Origin: Sarea resinae
Lineage: Eukaryota
Assembly (NCBI GenBank): GCA_026026165.1
Contig: JAPEUD010000026.1
Location: 186,001-250,000 of the forward strand
Direction: 5' to 3'
DNA: 64,000 nucleotides
Part shown: positions 36,616 to 52,042 of the stretch, one piece after another
Layout of the letters: each line of letters starts with the position of its first letter
Numbering within the stretch: position 1 is the first letter of the stretch
Notes under the pieces: generated by a model
Seen by the model: only the letters and a program-made list of their open reading frames with translations
Database searches by the model: none
What the model was told of the DNA's origin: nothing
Translations under genes and position numbers: made by a program

Positions 36616-39600
36616 ATGCCTCGGAAAGCAGTGTACGTGCAGAGCCGTCGCCGATATTCCAGCGTTGGACAAGACCACTGACTGATCGATCGCCTTGCAC
36701 AGTGATTCGCGCATCCCCGCGCTCATTCGCAACGGAGTCCAGGTGCGTTGTTGCTACTGCTGTTGTTCCGTGCTGTTGCGCGGCTACCAGCGAGTAGTGG
36801 TCTGCCACTGATGGGAAGACCTGGCTGACGAGAACACCGATCTAGGAGAAGAAACGGAGCTTCTTTGTCGTTGTCGGCGACCGGTCGAAAGATGTCATCG
36901 TCCATCTACACTACATCCTCTCCAGTGTCGACGTCAAGCAGAAGAAGTCGGTGCTATGGGCGTACAAAAACAAATTGCTCGGCTTCACGAGGTGGGTAGC
37001 CTGGCCCCCAGCCAAAGACTCAGGCTAACAGCAATATCTCTCAGTCATCGCCAAAAGCGGGAGAACAAGATCAAGAAGGAGATCAAACGTGGCATTCGAG
37101 ATCCAGACACCGAGGACCCATTCGAGCTCTTCGTCTCCCTCCACAACATCCGCTATGTATACTACAAGGAAACGGAGAAGATCCTCGGAAATACCTATGG
37201 CATGTGCATCTTACAAGACTTCGAAGCCATCACACCCAACCTCCTCGCCCGGACAATCGAGACGGTCGAAGGTGGTGGTCTGGTCATATTACTGCTGAAG
37301 GGCATGAACAGCTTGAAGCAGCTTTACACTTTGTCGATGGATATTCATTCTCGATACCGAACAGAAGCTCACGGAGATGTCACTGCACGCTTCAACGAAC
37401 GCTTCATTCTTTCCCTGGGCAGTTGCGACTCCTGCTTGGTGGTAGATGACGAGCTCAACGTCTTACCTATATCGGGGGGAAAGAACGTGAAACCTCTACC
37501 ACCACCCAATCCAGAAGACGAAGGGAAATCGAAAAGCAAGGTCGAGTTGGATGGCATCAAGGAGAGTTTGGCCGATACACAGCCCGTGGGCTCGTTGGTG
37601 ACGCTTGCAAGGACCACCGATCAAGCGAAAGCTCTGCTCACGTTTGTGGACGCGATCGCAGAAAAGACACTACGGAGCACCGTCACACTGACAGCAGCTA
37701 GAGGTCGTGGAAAGTCTGCCGCTTTGGGTGTCGCAGTGGCAGCAGCTATTGCTCACGGCTACAGCAACATCTTCATCACATCGCCAAGCCCGGAGAATTT
37801 GAAGACCCTCTTCGAATTCGTCTTCAAAGGCTTCGATGCCCTCAATTACCTCGATCATGTCGATTACACCATCATTCAATCTACCAATCCCGATTTCAAT
37901 AAAGCAATCGTGCGAGTGAACGTCCACCGCCAACATCGGCAGACCATCCAGTACATACAGCCCCAGGATGCTTACACCCTTGGCCAGGCGGAATTGCTGG
38001 TCATTGACGAAGCGGCAGCCATTCCTCTACCTCTGGTCAGAAAGCTCATGGGGCCGTATCTGGTATTCATGGCGTCGACGATCAACGGTTACGAGGGCAC
38101 GGGTAGATCACTGTCCTTGAAGCTAATACAGCAACTCCGAGAACAGTCGAGAGGAGGTGCAAAGGCCAATGCAGCGGATGATGGGGCCGTCGCGGACAGA
38201 TCAACTGGCAAGTCTTCCAAGGATGGAGTTGGGAATTACTTGGGAGGTCGATCGCTGAGAGAGATCACACTCTCGGAGCCCATTCGTTATGCACCCGGCG
38301 ATCCTGTCGAGAAGTGGCTAAACAAGCTTCTCTGCTTGGATGCAACGCTACCCCGGTCTAAGCTCAACATCCAAGGATGCCCTCACCCTTCGCAATGTCA
38401 ACTACTGCATGTCAACAGAGACACCCTCTTCTCCTTTCATCCAGTCTCTGAAAAGTTCCTCCAGCAGATGATGGCACTCTACGTAGCCAGCCACTACAAG
38501 AACTCTCCCAACGACCTCCAACTCATGTCCGACGCTCCCGCCCACCAACTCTTCGTTCTTGTACCTCCAGTCGATGACGATAGCCCTCGACTTCCTGAAC
38601 CCCTCTGCGTCGTCCAAGTCGCCCTCGAGGGCCAAATTAGCAGACAAAGCGTGCTCAACAGCCTCAGCCGTGGCCAACGTGCAGGGGGCGATCTGATTCC
38701 CTGGCTTGTAAGCCAGCAATTTCAAGACGAGGATTTTGCCGGCCTCTCCGGCGCCCGCGTTGTCAGGATAGCCACGAATCCGGATTATATCAGTATGGGC
38801 TACGGCTCGCGCGCGCTGCAACTCCTCACAGACTTCTACGAGGGCAAATTCACCTCTCTCTCCGAAGACGAAGCCAACCCCTCCACAATCGACACAGAAG
38901 AAATGGTCCGTGTGACCGACGCCGAACTCTCAAACTCCTCTCTTCTTGAAGACAACGTCCAAGTCCGCGATATCCACAAAATGCCGCCTCTCTTCGCCAA
39001 GCTCTCGGAACGCAAACCCAATCCTTTGGACTACCTAGGCGTGTCCTACGGCCTCACACCTCCACTCCACAAGTTCTGGAAGCGCGCCAGCTTTGTTCCC
39101 GTCTATCTTCGCCAAACCGCCAACGAGCTCACGGGCGAACACTCCTGCGTCATGCTCCGCACGCTCGACTCGCCGTCCGCAGACACGAGCTGGCTCGGGG
39201 CCTTTGCACAGGACTTCCACAAACGCTTCCTCTCGCTCCTCTCATACCAATTCCGAGAATTTCCCTCGGTCCTCGCTCTCAGTATCGCGGAATCCGCGTC
39301 CGCGGGCTTCCTCGACCAGGACTCCGCCTCTTCCGAGATCAAACAAATGACGAAAGCAGACCTCGACAGGTCGTTTTCGCCTTTCGACCTCAAGCGCCTT
39401 GACTCGTACGCTAACAACATGCTCGATTACCACGTCATCCTCGACCTGATCCCCCCGATCGCCGTCCTCTACTTCACAGGCCGCATGCGCCCACTCGTGC
39501 GCCTATCGGGCGTCCAGCAAGCCATCCTCCTAGCCATCGGTCTCCAGCGCAAAGTGCTCGAGGACGTGGAGAAGGAGTTGCAGCTTCCGGCCAGCCAGCT

Positions 39601-40407
39601 CCTGGCCATGTTCATCAAGATCGTGCGGAAGATCTCGACGTTTTTCCGCTCGTTGGTCGAAGGGGCTGTGGCGGAGACGATGCCGGGAAAGGCCGTGGAA
39701 CTCTTGGATGGCGAGGGCGACGTTCACCGCGTTGACAATGCTGATCGTGATGCTGATGCTGATGCTGGCGCCGTCGCGAACGGCGACAGCAGCAAACATG
39801 ATTTCAGGCCGCTGACGCAGAATCTCGACGACGAGCTCCGCGAGGGCGGCAAGGAGGTCTCGAGTCAGCTGCGCGAACAACAACGTGCCCTCATCGATTC
39901 GCTACCGTTGGATCAGTAAGTTTCTCCCTCTCTCTCTTTTTCCCATCCCATCTCTTCTTCCCATTCCCTTTCTCCCGAGTCTGCTATCTCCCCCCCCCCC
40001 CCCCCCCTCCCCCCCCCCCCCCCCCCCCCCCACCCCCCCCCCCTGACCCGCACCCAAAGCCACTCATCAGCCACCCCTAACACGCACAATCCAGATACTC
40101 GCTCCCGCACGCCTCAGAAGCCGACTGGACATCCGCCGAGCGCCAAGTGCAACAGCCCGGCAAATCGACAACCGTGAGCGTCAAGCTCGCCTCGGCGGCC
40201 GCGGCGGGCAAGAGAAAAGCTCCCGGCGACGTCGTCGCCGCGGTGTACAGAGAGGAATTCGGTGACGGTGGCGAGGAAAACGGGGATAAAGACAGAGGAG
40301 GGGGGAAGAGGATGAAGAAGGGAAAGGCGGGGAGTGGAGAGAGTGCGGTGGACAAGGGCAAGGGCAAGGGCAAGGCTGGGAAAAGCGGGAAGGGTGGGAA
40401 GAGGTAG
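36616..40407 (+). CDS. KRE33: RNA cytidine acetyltransferase Kre33/NAT10 (exons 36616-36632, 36703-36742, 36846-36991, 37045-39915, 40095-40407)
   Basis: MPRKAVDSRIPALIRNG, RSFFVVVGDR, TAARGRGKSAALG, DEAAAIP, STINGYEGTGRSL, HYKNSPNDLQ, RVVRIATNPDY..GYG; Lys/Gly-rich C-tail. Confidence 0.96.
39990..40043. repeat. Poly-C tract (54 nt, two interruptions) in the last intron of KRE33
   Basis: Direct reading. Confidence 0.9.
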
Positions 40408-40799
40408 GCATGGCCGGTAGGGGAGGGGGTTTTCTAGATAGATAGATAGATAGGGTGGTCAACTTACGCTGTTACGGTTTTTGGTAAACCAGATACGCTC
40501 GCTACCTGATCATTGTGAAACCTCTCTTCTATCATCACATATCTTTGTCTGTCTCTCAGCGATCTTGATGGCATTTCGATTCATAGCTTGAAGAGGATTC
40601 CGTGCCTTTAGGCTCTGGTCTCCTTCGTAGCTTTGTACCAAAAGAATCTTGTATTCTCTCCTTGTTTCTTTCTCTCACTTTACGACACGAAAAATCGGGT
40701 TCACGTTCCCTAAGTTGGTCATAGGCTATGGGCGATAGGTAACTAGGATAGGCACGCAAAACATCGAGGATATCCATTCATCCATCCATTCATACCACA

Positions 40800-43295
40800 T
40801 CACCGAGAAGTCCCAGAAGACGCCCCCGACGACGACGACGCAGACAACCCCGTCGAAACAGCCGTGACCACAACGCCGTCCTCCGCGTCACCTTGACCCT
40901 TCTTGCGCTCGTGCTCCCCGTCCCTTGCTCCCGGCCCGATCCAAATCCCACGCTCCGTCCCCCCGGCCGTCTCATGTAGTGGGATAGACGCCGCCAGCTC
41001 CGAGAACGGGGGCGGCGCGATGATGTCTGCGGCCTGGCCGCCGTCTCTGTCGTTGTTGCCGTCGCGAGCGAAAGTGCGATGGTCGACGCGGCGGAGCTCG
41101 AGCTGGCTGGGTGTGGCTTTTGCTGTGGTCGAGGAGGGCGAGGAGGGCGAGGTGGCGGGGGATGGCAGGCCGTGGTGCCAGAGGGCTTTGCAGAGCGCGA
41201 CGAGGTTGAGGATATAGTCTATCCCGACGACTAGAGGGGAAAAGGGGAAGAGAGGGTCAGTCGATCAGTTATTGAGATTCGATAGGTGCGGGACCGCCGC
41301 AGCCATTGCCGGGGAAGATTTCGTCCCACCCCACGCGTCAAAAGGAGCGGACTCACCGAGCACAAGCGCCAACAGAAACGTAGCTATGACGATCGCGTTG
41401 AGCATGTAATTCCCCATCGCGTTATCATTGGCCGCTATGGCCGTGAGCGCGTACATGGCTACCGCGAGGACGACGCGCGTCGCCATGGCCAGCCGATCAT
41501 AAACGTCCTGGTCCCTGCGCCGCACGATCCACAGGAACGCCGCGAGGCACAGGAGCACGGTGCCGGCGGCGATGAAGTAGTAGATATAGACGAGCTGGAA
41601 GACGGAGACGAGGCCATCGAGGTTGTTGTAGCGGGGCGAGGTGGCCGGCGGCGTGATCTTATTGCGCTGGAAGAGCGCCACGACCACGTTACCGACGAGG
41701 TTCTCGAGAGCGGGGAAGTCCAAATTCTCGATCGTTATGCCGGCCGAAACGTTCGTACAGCCGGGCGAGTGTTGGATCTCGGTCAACGAGCTCAGCACTT
41801 GCGGGAGGACTGAGATCGTGCCGGCGTCTTCGGACGTGTCGTACAGCGAGAAGTGCTGCAGGCTGCTGTTTAGGGAGGTGGCGAATTGCGGGCCTGCGAG
41901 GTGCTCGCCGAGACAGTGCGTTTTAATGCTGTTGTATAAGTTGTTCGTTTGTTGTGAGACGTTGAGGATGAGACCGAGATTCTGCTCGCCTTCCAGTACG
42001 AGCACCAGCGCGATGTGGTAGAAGTAGTGGAGGAGCGCCCAGATTTGGTGGCTTACTATTCCGAAGCCGGCGTTGGCGTGGTGATCAAAATAAAGAACCC
42101 ACAGGAAGAACTGTTCGTGGTGTGAGAAGGGTCGAATGTGGAAAAGGGGGAAGAAAAAAGAGCTATTTGATCCAAAACACTCAAGCCACTTACTATGGTG
42201 AGGGCCCCAGCGAAGAAATGACGGAACGCATGATGGTCCCAGCCGTTTTCTCCAACGACGGTGTTTATGGTTTTGGTGGTCCCAATGATCCCTTCGCCGA
42301 TGATAATCAAAGTAAGCAGCCCCATTCTCTCCGAGAGATGCGTATGATGAAAGCCCAGGAATTTCCACCAGCATGAGATGCCGACCACAGCAAGACCCTC
42401 AAAAGCCACGATAGCGTACCAGACATAGTAAACTTTGGGTTCCGACCCATCATACCGAAACGCGAAGATCATCTGTCCATCTCATCAGAAACTTCATATC
42501 TTGAATCGGAACAAGCCCTCAATGAAGATAGATAGGGTACGCACTCCAAGGTATACAGCAGCCGTCATGACAAAAATGACAACATGACAAATAAGTGGCT
42601 TGACGAGCTGCTTATACTTTTTGGAAAGCATGAAGGCAGCCAATGAGTATTGTATGACCAGCAGGCCCCGACTAATCAGCAACAGTATACTGCATGTTTG
42701 GAAGGCCCGGTAATTTGAGTGGTCGACATTGGGGGAGAAATGGGGCCCGACGGATGCAAACCCCAAGAATACAGCTAGCTCGACGACTTTGCATACTCGT
42801 TCGAATATCGAGTCGCGGGTGAACCGGACATCGAAAAATGCAATTTGCAGCCAGGTTGTCCATAGGATGGAGAAGAAGCCAATATACGATAGCAATGCTA
42901 CACATATCGTCAGGACACAAAAAAGGCATGACGGGAGCATGGAAAGGCCGAGGTCGCAAGCTTACAGCCACGATCATTGATTCTGTGCAGACTCGTAAAA
43001 GTAGTCAGATTGGCAACGAAGAAAAGATCAAGGAATAGATGCAGTGTGGTATGATCATCGTCGTGACAGAAATGGAGTTCATCTCCACAAGCATATTCTA
43101 AGGTGTTCGCGACGATTGGCAACTTCCACCTCTGACGAGGCTCTCCAGGCGTCCTACACGTCCGTCAGCGGATATTGTTATCATGTTTGAATGTTGATCG
43201 TGCTTCCAAAGTGCTTTGATATCGTTTAACACTCACTTCTCACGTTTGAACCGCTTCCGCATAGACGGTGGAACCCACGCCCTGCTGCTTCTCAT
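40800..43295 (-). CDS. LtrA (low temperature requirement A)-like polytopic membrane protein; about 6 exons
   Basis: TTLHLFLDLFFVANL, ILWTTWLQIAFFDVRF, HTHLSERMGLLTLIIIGEGII, FFLWVLYFD and QIWALLHYFYHIAL, all LtrA-type motifs; many TM segments. Confidence 0.72.
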
Positions 43296-44112
43296 ATCTG
43301 CAGATGTATTAGGTTAAATTTTGCGACATTGGGAGAATTGGGAGGCGAAGTGTTTCAGCATCGGAATTGGTGATATTAAATTGAATCGCAATTGTTTTAG
43401 AGTATTCTAGTGTTTGGGGACGATAGCATCTCGGACCTTGAACGGGGGTTGGACAGGTTCTCAACCACACCGATGGGTGGGAGCTCCCAGATGGTACAAG
43501 CCGCCCGTCTCGCAACCACAACCCACGCACGCTTTGACCTTTGCTTCTTCCCCAGATGATCGATTTCGTAGTTGAACTGTTGCCAAGCATTTCCATATCG
43601 AGGAGTGTCCATTGGCGATAGAGTGCGCCCTGCCTGGGACATTTCGAGCGATTCCCAATTGGGCCGAATAGAGACGATATGAACCCTGTGCAGTGCTCTT
43701 ATCGATGGATTCCATCAACACTGCTTTAACATATTCTTCAGCGCATGGCGGCTGCAGGCGTGGCTGCATTGCCCTTCGAAGCCCCATAACACCCTGGATA
43801 GGACAACTTTTGTGCGTGAACGTGGCATTCAGATCCGTAGCTAGGAGCCATCGTATATGTGGGTGCAACAACTGGAGTCTACGCATCCGAACATTTAGTT
43901 TGGAGCGGCGACTAAGGACCCGAGCGCTCTCACCATGGTTGAAGTGCACAGTGTTGATCATCTAAGCAGCCTTTCTCCTTGCGATTTGCTTCCTTTAGCA
44001 CTGGAGTTCCCACTTGCGTAGCCGCACTCGAGATGTTCCTAGTTCTTAGTACTTTGACAAAGCTTCGCAGTCGTGCGCACAGCATGCAGTATTGAAGCAG
44101 TGGTTGACTGGA

Positions 44113-45469
44113 TCAAGGATCTCCAGGCGGCCTAATAGGAGTGTTTCCAAAGCTCTCCAATCCTCTATTGACGACCAGTGGCTCGGCCCGCACATCTTCT
44201 CCATTCGTGATCAACGTTTTGGCGGATTCTCCGCCAATGCCAGCCTCTGCTCTCAGACTCTCGTACCTTTCTCCCGACTCTTTCAGTAACTTTTGGATCT
44301 CAACTTCGCGGTTTGCGATCTCTGTTTTCTCGTGCTGCAAATCCTCCATTTTCTGAACCTTTTGCATCCTCGCCAATTCCATAGCGCTCAAAGTAGATTG
44401 CAGTCGCTGAAGCACAGTACCAAGGTTTGGTAAAGGAGTTATTCGAGGGGGTGTTCGAGGCCGTGCTAATTGGCGATTGGCGTCTTTATTGCCGTAAGTA
44501 CCGGCTCGTGTTTGTGCCGCCTCATAAGCGGCTTTTCGATCGGCATCAGAGTCTTCAGAAGATTCATCAGCGTCGCCCTCAGCATCATTAATCAATTCTT
44601 GCATCTCCACACGTCTCTTTCGGTCCGCATCTCGTTCGGCCTTTTTTCCCAACGCAATCTTGCCATCCTCCACAAATTCATCGAACCCTTCCCCGAGATC
44701 TTCGTCCTCGCGAACGAGGCGTGTTTCTGTCTTTTTTTTACGGGGGAGCAGAGATATTTCATTACTCGTGTCTCCGTCATCCAGAGCCAAAAAATCGGGC
44801 TCATGCGCCAGCCGTGCTCTTCGCTCCTTCTTCTCTTTGATTTCGGCCTCGGTTGGTATGATTGAGCCTTTTGAGGTTTCTGCTAGAGCGCCAAATTTTG
44901 CGGCGATGTCGAGAGCCTCCTTCGACTCACCCTCATCTGCGTATAATGACTTGAGATCTTTTGGCGTCGAGGGTGTGGATGTTTTCAGCTCATTTAGATA
45001 GTCTTTGCTGTAACTTGGACGATCATCAGTCGGTTGGGGTCTGAGGGGTAATCGATCTGACGATATCGGCAGCGTCAAAGATTTCCTCACGGCGTTTTTC
45101 TCGATCGCTTGCCGACTGAGATTTGATCTTTTGGGGGTGAAGACCTCGCCAGCTTCTTCGTTATCCTGTCCTGAAGAAGCTTCACCGGGACCGAATGATA
45201 GACGTAGAGATGACTTCTTCTTGGGCTTGAGAGACGAGCCTGTTGATGCTAGTGGCGGTCGTTTGACAACAGGCGTGCTATCTGATTAACGGTCAGCGAA
45301 CTCTAGGCAATTTAAATCGTCAGACCAAGTGCGTATAATGGAATGCGACTTCAGTACCTTTCTCCCCTCCGTGTTCTGCTGCACTCGAGCTCTTTAAGCC
45401 ACCTTCGTCCTCATCGTCGTCTTGCCCAATCTTGCGCGCCTTGCGCCGGGCTGCAAAGGACGACTTCAT
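44113..45469 (-). CDS. NTR2: Nineteen-complex-related protein 2 (Ntr2-domain spliceosome disassembly factor); intron 45282-45357
   Basis: MKSSFAARRKARKIG; RPSYSKDYLNELKTSTPSTP, IPTEAEIKEKKERRARL, ETRLVRED..GEGFDEFVEDG, AYEAAQTRAG, and a C-terminal coiled coil. Confidence 0.82.
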
Positions 45470-45770
45470 GACTAAAGGGAAAGCTCCTTCGTCCTTCGGT
45501 CTGACAGGCAAAGCAGGGCTTTAGATCATCATACTATTATCGAACTTCCTCGAGTACCGTATCATCGAGTTCTTTATAGAACAGTAGAGAGACGGCTTTA
45601 ATGATTTTATGGGTTTACAGCGTCGAAGTAGCCCTGTAGGCCTGGTCTACATAGTAGTGCAGATTGACGTATACGCCGGGTAACCCTATCTTCACATCAA
45701 AATCGTCGCAACTTCGCAAAGCCGTCACGGAGTTCAATCAGCACTCAAGAACAGAAATATTAGCTACATC

Positions 45771-46266
45771 ATGCCTCAAGCTCAACCGGAGCTGAAGAAG
45801 GTATGATTCCCACTCATTACAGGATCCTCTGTCTCATCTGCCTTATAGTCCTTGAAGAGAACCCATGCTGATGCGCTCGTATAGTACCTCGACAAGCGGC
45901 TGTTCGTGCAACTGAACGGCAGTCGCAAAGTGATCGGTGTCCTTCGAGGCTATGATGTACGTTTTAAACCCACTGTGGAAACGACTTGCTAGGGCTGGTT
46001 CGATTATGAGTTAAATAGCTAACATCAGCTCTTCTTCTACAGGTCTTCTTGAACATTGTTCTCGACGAGGCCGTAGAAGAGAAGGCTGGGGGTGAGAAGG
46101 TGCGGATAGGCATGGTGGTCATAAGAGGGAACTCTGTTGTCATGCTGGAGGTAGGCTTTTCCCCCCTTTGGTCTATTGGCTTGTGTCGAACGTCGATCTT
46201 TGGACGCTGACGAGTGCTACTCTACAGGCATTAGAACGGATCGGTGGCGACCGGGATCACAGATAG
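45771..46266 (+). CDS. SMX2: Small nuclear ribonucleoprotein SmG, 82 aa (exons 45771-45800, 45885-45956, 46043-46150, 46228-46266)
   Basis: Spliced translation [82 protein letters not shown], with Sm1/Sm2 motifs. Absent from the ORF track because each exon is short. Confidence 0.95.
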
Positions 46267-46743
46267 AAGAAACATTGCTGGGGCTCAAATCTGAGCAAGA
46301 CAGAGTCCGCGCATACCAAAGATCTCCTATCGCTATAGGTCGAAGGCTCTGCGGTTTGCTGATGATCAAAAGTCTGGTAGTCTCACGGCGCGTTTGGGTA
46401 CTTTCTATAAAATATGATTCATTCTCCCACACCGCCATTATCATTCCCATGTTAGATGAGATGCTGAATTGAAGGCCGATAATGTTACGAGAGCTACGAA
46501 GAGCTTCAAGCTCGCGCTGAGAAGTCACCTCTTTCCTTAATTTACTGGGGCTTAATCGCGAATCGAAACTTCGCACATTCAAGGATACACGGCCTGAGAC
46601 ATACGACATATAAACGTGGGATTTATGAACCATAAGGATATCTAGCCGGAAGCTGAAGCTTTTATCTAATCCACTGATACCGATTGCTTGCTTGGTCGTG
46701 TTACATTCCTCATAAAGCTCGAAGTACCGTTATGTCAAGGACT

Positions 46744-48193
<1,450 letters not shown>

Positions 48194-48894
48194 TTTGAAT
48201 TGAGAATGATCCCTTGTCCTTTGTCCCTTATGGCGGTGGCTCTTCAGAATGTCAGTCAAGTGAAGGAGCAAGAGCTGTTGAGGGAAAACTGTCTGTTTGT
48301 TGGGCGGCGGCGGTGGGTGGGTGGGTATTTGATAGCTAGCAGCGGTGGAAGCAGATCGCAGACGATCAGAGTACCAGTGTTGTGAGTAGCTCTGCGCAAC
48401 ATGTGTGTGCGACGAGACTTACGTCTCGGTATCTTTACCACCCTCATTGCGATTATTGTTCATTGCAGGGTCTCTGCCTGGTGCGAGGGTGCCCCTCCTG
48501 TCTGTCCTTCGGCAAGAGCCGAGCGACCTACGGAGTACGTAGTAGTCGGAGTAGTACGAGGGTACTAATGCATGAGGGCACGTGACCCCTTTCTGACACC
48601 CAAAATGGATGGATCAATCACTGGAGGGCCCCACGGCAGGGAGATGGGGAACGTGCACGCCTCCGATCTCATCTAATCTTCGCTGCTGAGGCTCAGTGCA
48701 CCGTTCGAAGTACTTCGTACTTGTGCTCTCGTACCGATTAGACGAACGAATTTCCATGTTACGTTGATGTTGAAGCCATTATCGCTTCGAAGTTGACTGG
48801 GCGCGCATCGACACTCGACCAATCCATCTCCAAAACCTCGACTAGAAAGCGTTGGAGCTGATAACGCTTGAAGGGAGGCTAGAGAATCATTGCC

Positions 48895-51800
48895 ATGGAT
48901 GACTTATACGATGAGTAAGTGAAGCGACAGCTTGCCTCTTGCTGGACAAAACTTTGGAAGCTCACATATCGATTCCTCCCTAGGTTTGGCAATTTCATCG
49001 GTGAAGTCGAGGAGTCCGAAGAGGAGTCGCATCATGGAGATGTCGGCGCAGATGCCTACGTCTACGATGATGAGGTCGAAGAGGAGGCTGAGCCCAATGA
49101 CCAGCAGCTGATGGAGCTGGATGGTGCGTCTGAACTTTCATATATCTGCGGCGCATGACATACTGACTAGGCATCAGAGGATGGGCCCTCGAATTCTGTT
49201 GTCCTGCACGAGGACAAGCAATATTACCCCACCGCGGAGCAGGTGTATGGTGCCGATGTCGAGACGTTGGTTCAGGAAGAGGATACTCAGCCACTCACGC
49301 AGCCGATCATTGAGCCCGTGAAGCAGAAGAAATTCAGCGTCCAAGAGGCAGATCTGCCTCGTGTTTCCTACTCTCGCGAGTTCATGACGGATCTGATGAA
49401 CTTCCCCGACCAAATAAGAAATATCGCTTTCGCCGGCCATCTTCATCATGGCAAGACGGCATTGATGGATATGCTGGTGTTGCAAACGCACGACTTGAAT
49501 GAGCGCCTAGAGAAGAGGACCGGAAGAGGAAGGGATGAGCAGCTACGGTATACAGATGTGCATATAGTGGAGAGAGAGCGAGGCCTTTCGATCAAGGCTG
49601 CCCCAATGAGTCTAGTCCTTCAGGGGACGAAGGGAAAGTCGCATCTTTTCAACATACTCGACACACCTGGTCACGTCAACTTCGTGGACGAGGTGGCGTC
49701 GTCATTACGACTAGCAGATGGTGTCGTTCTTGTCGTGGATGTGGTAGAGGGCGTGCAGGTCAACACTGAGCAGATAATCAAATATGCTGTGCTTGAGGAC
49801 CTTCCGCTCACCCTCGTTATCAACAAGATGGACCGCCTGATCCTTGAACTGAAGCTGCCGCCAAATGATGCATACTTCAAATTGAAGCATGTGGTCGAGG
49901 AAGTCAACGCGATGATCGAGAACACGATACCGGGACAGGGGGAGAAACGGCGATTAAGTCCCGAGAAAGGGAACGTGGCTTTTGCTTGCAGCGATATGGG
50001 CTGGTGCTTCACGCTGCCGTCTTTTGCGCAAATGTATGCGGATAGCTACCCAGGAGTCAGTGCTGCTGATTTCGGCGTGCGACTATGGGGAGATATCTTC
50101 TTCAATCCAAAGAGTCGCAAGTTCACGCGGAAAGGCATAGAGGAACGGGCAAGGCGGACGTTTGTCAACTTTGTGTTGGAGCCTATCTACAAGCTTTACT
50201 CACACACGCTCAGTGAGAGCCCTGAGGATCTCAGGGTAACGCTTGCCACTCTTGGCATCACCCTGAAACCATCTCAGTACAAGTCGGACGCTAAAGTCTT
50301 GCTCAAGCTGGTCTGTGAGCAATTCTTCGGTCCAGCAAACGGTTTCGTTGACATGATAGTCGATCATGTGCCTTCACCGCTAGAGGGAGCGAAGAGAGAG
50401 CTCGAACGATACTATACAGGGCCGTTGGATTCCAAGGTGGCTTCTTCGATGGAACGTTGCGATCAAGATGGGCCACTGGTGGTTCACGTTACCAAGCTCT
50501 TCAGCAGTCAAGATGCTTCGACTTTTTACTCGTTGGGACGAGTCATGAGCGGGACTGCCCGTGCAGGACAGCACGTCCGAGTGTTGGGCGAGGGCTATAC
50601 CATTGATGATGAAGAAGACATGACCAATGCAACGATAGCAGACACATGGGTTGCAGAAACACGATATAACATCCCGACAAGTGGAGTACCAGCTGGAAAC
50701 TGGGTCTTGCTTAGTGGCGTCGACAACTCTATTGTTAAGACAGCAACGCTGGTGCCTCCAAAACTGGAAGATGATGAAGATGCTTACATCTTCAAGCCCA
50801 TAACTCACTTTACAGAATCCGTCTTCAAAGTAGCGGTGGAGCCTATAAATCCATCGGAGCTTCCAAAAATGCTAGACGGCCTTCGCAAGATTAACAAAAG
50901 CTACCCACTAGTCACGACCAAGGTTGAAGAATCTGGCGAGCACATCATCCTCGGCACTGGCGAACTATACATGGACTGTGTCCTTCACGATCTCCGCAGA
51001 CTGTACTCGGAAATGGAGATCAAGGTTTCAGATCCAGTAACGCGATTCTGCGAGACGGTAGTCGAGATGTCGGCTATCAAATGCTATGCCATGACTCCCA
51101 ACAAGAAGAACAAGATAACTATGATTGCTGAGCCTCTTGATCAAGGCATAGCGGAAGATATCGAAAGTGGAAAGGTCAACATCCGAGATCCAATTCGAAA
51201 AGTTGGCAAATTCTTCGAGGAGAACTATGGTTGGGATTTGCTCGCCTCGAGAAGCATCTGGGCATTTGGACCCGAGGAGACTAGTCCAAACATCCTACAA
51301 GACGATACTTTGCCATCAGATGTAGACAAGAAGCTACTAGGCACTGTCCGCGATACGATCCGCCAAGGTTTTAGTTGGGCGACAAGAGAAGGTCCTCTTT
51401 GCGAAGAGCCAATCCGCAACACCCGCTTCAAACTCACCGACATCTCTCTTGCGCCAGAAGCCATCTTCCGAGGTGGGGGCCAGATCATCCCCACTGCCCG
51501 TCGTGCGTGCTACTCATCCTTCCTCATGGGTTCGCCGCGCCTCATGGAGCCCGTCTACTCATGCTCGATGACCGGCCCCGCCGACAGCGTCTCAAGCCTA
51601 TATACCGTGCTCGCCCGTCGTCGAGGTCATGTCTTGAGCGATGGACCTGTGGCCGGAACGCCGTTGTATATGGTGAAAGGGTTGATTCCAGTGATTGACA
51701 GTTTTGGTTTCGAGACCGATCTCAGGGTAAGTTGTCTCCCCTGCATTCGATGCGACCACACCTGAGCTTCCACCCGCTAACATTCGCCATCAGATTCACA

Positions 51801-52042
51801 CCCAGGGCCAAGCGACCGTGTCTCTCGTCTTTGATCGTTGGGCCATCGTTCCCGGCGACCCGCTCGACAAGGACGTCAAGCTCCGTCCTCTAGAGCCGGC
51901 CTCCGCCCAGGCAACGGCTCGTGACTTCGTACTCAAGACGCGTCGACGGAAGGGCCTCAGCGAGGATGTCACTATCAGTAAATTCCTCGAGCCCGAACTA
52001 TACAAGGGATTGAGGGAAGGTGGGCTGCTGGATGGTGCATAA
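48895..52042 (+). CDS. SNU114: U5 snRNP 116-kDa EF-2-like GTPase Snu114 (exons 48895-48914, 48984-49123, 49178-51726, 51794-52042)
   Basis: [81 protein letters not shown]. Confidence 0.97.

Noticed and set aside
36743..36845. Possible intronic C/D snoRNA in KRE33 intron 2
   Set aside because: Only an imperfect TGATGG..CTGA pair, too close together, with no terminal stem; an Infernal/snoscan hit would be needed.
45990..46010. GGTTCGA T-loop-like motif suggesting a tRNA
   Set aside because: Lies in SmG intron 2 with no cloverleaf stems or A-box.
48194..48894. Sterol-regulatory element for ERG10
   Set aside because: Only a generic CACGTG E-box (48579) and a loose CTCGTACCGAT; not specific enough to call.
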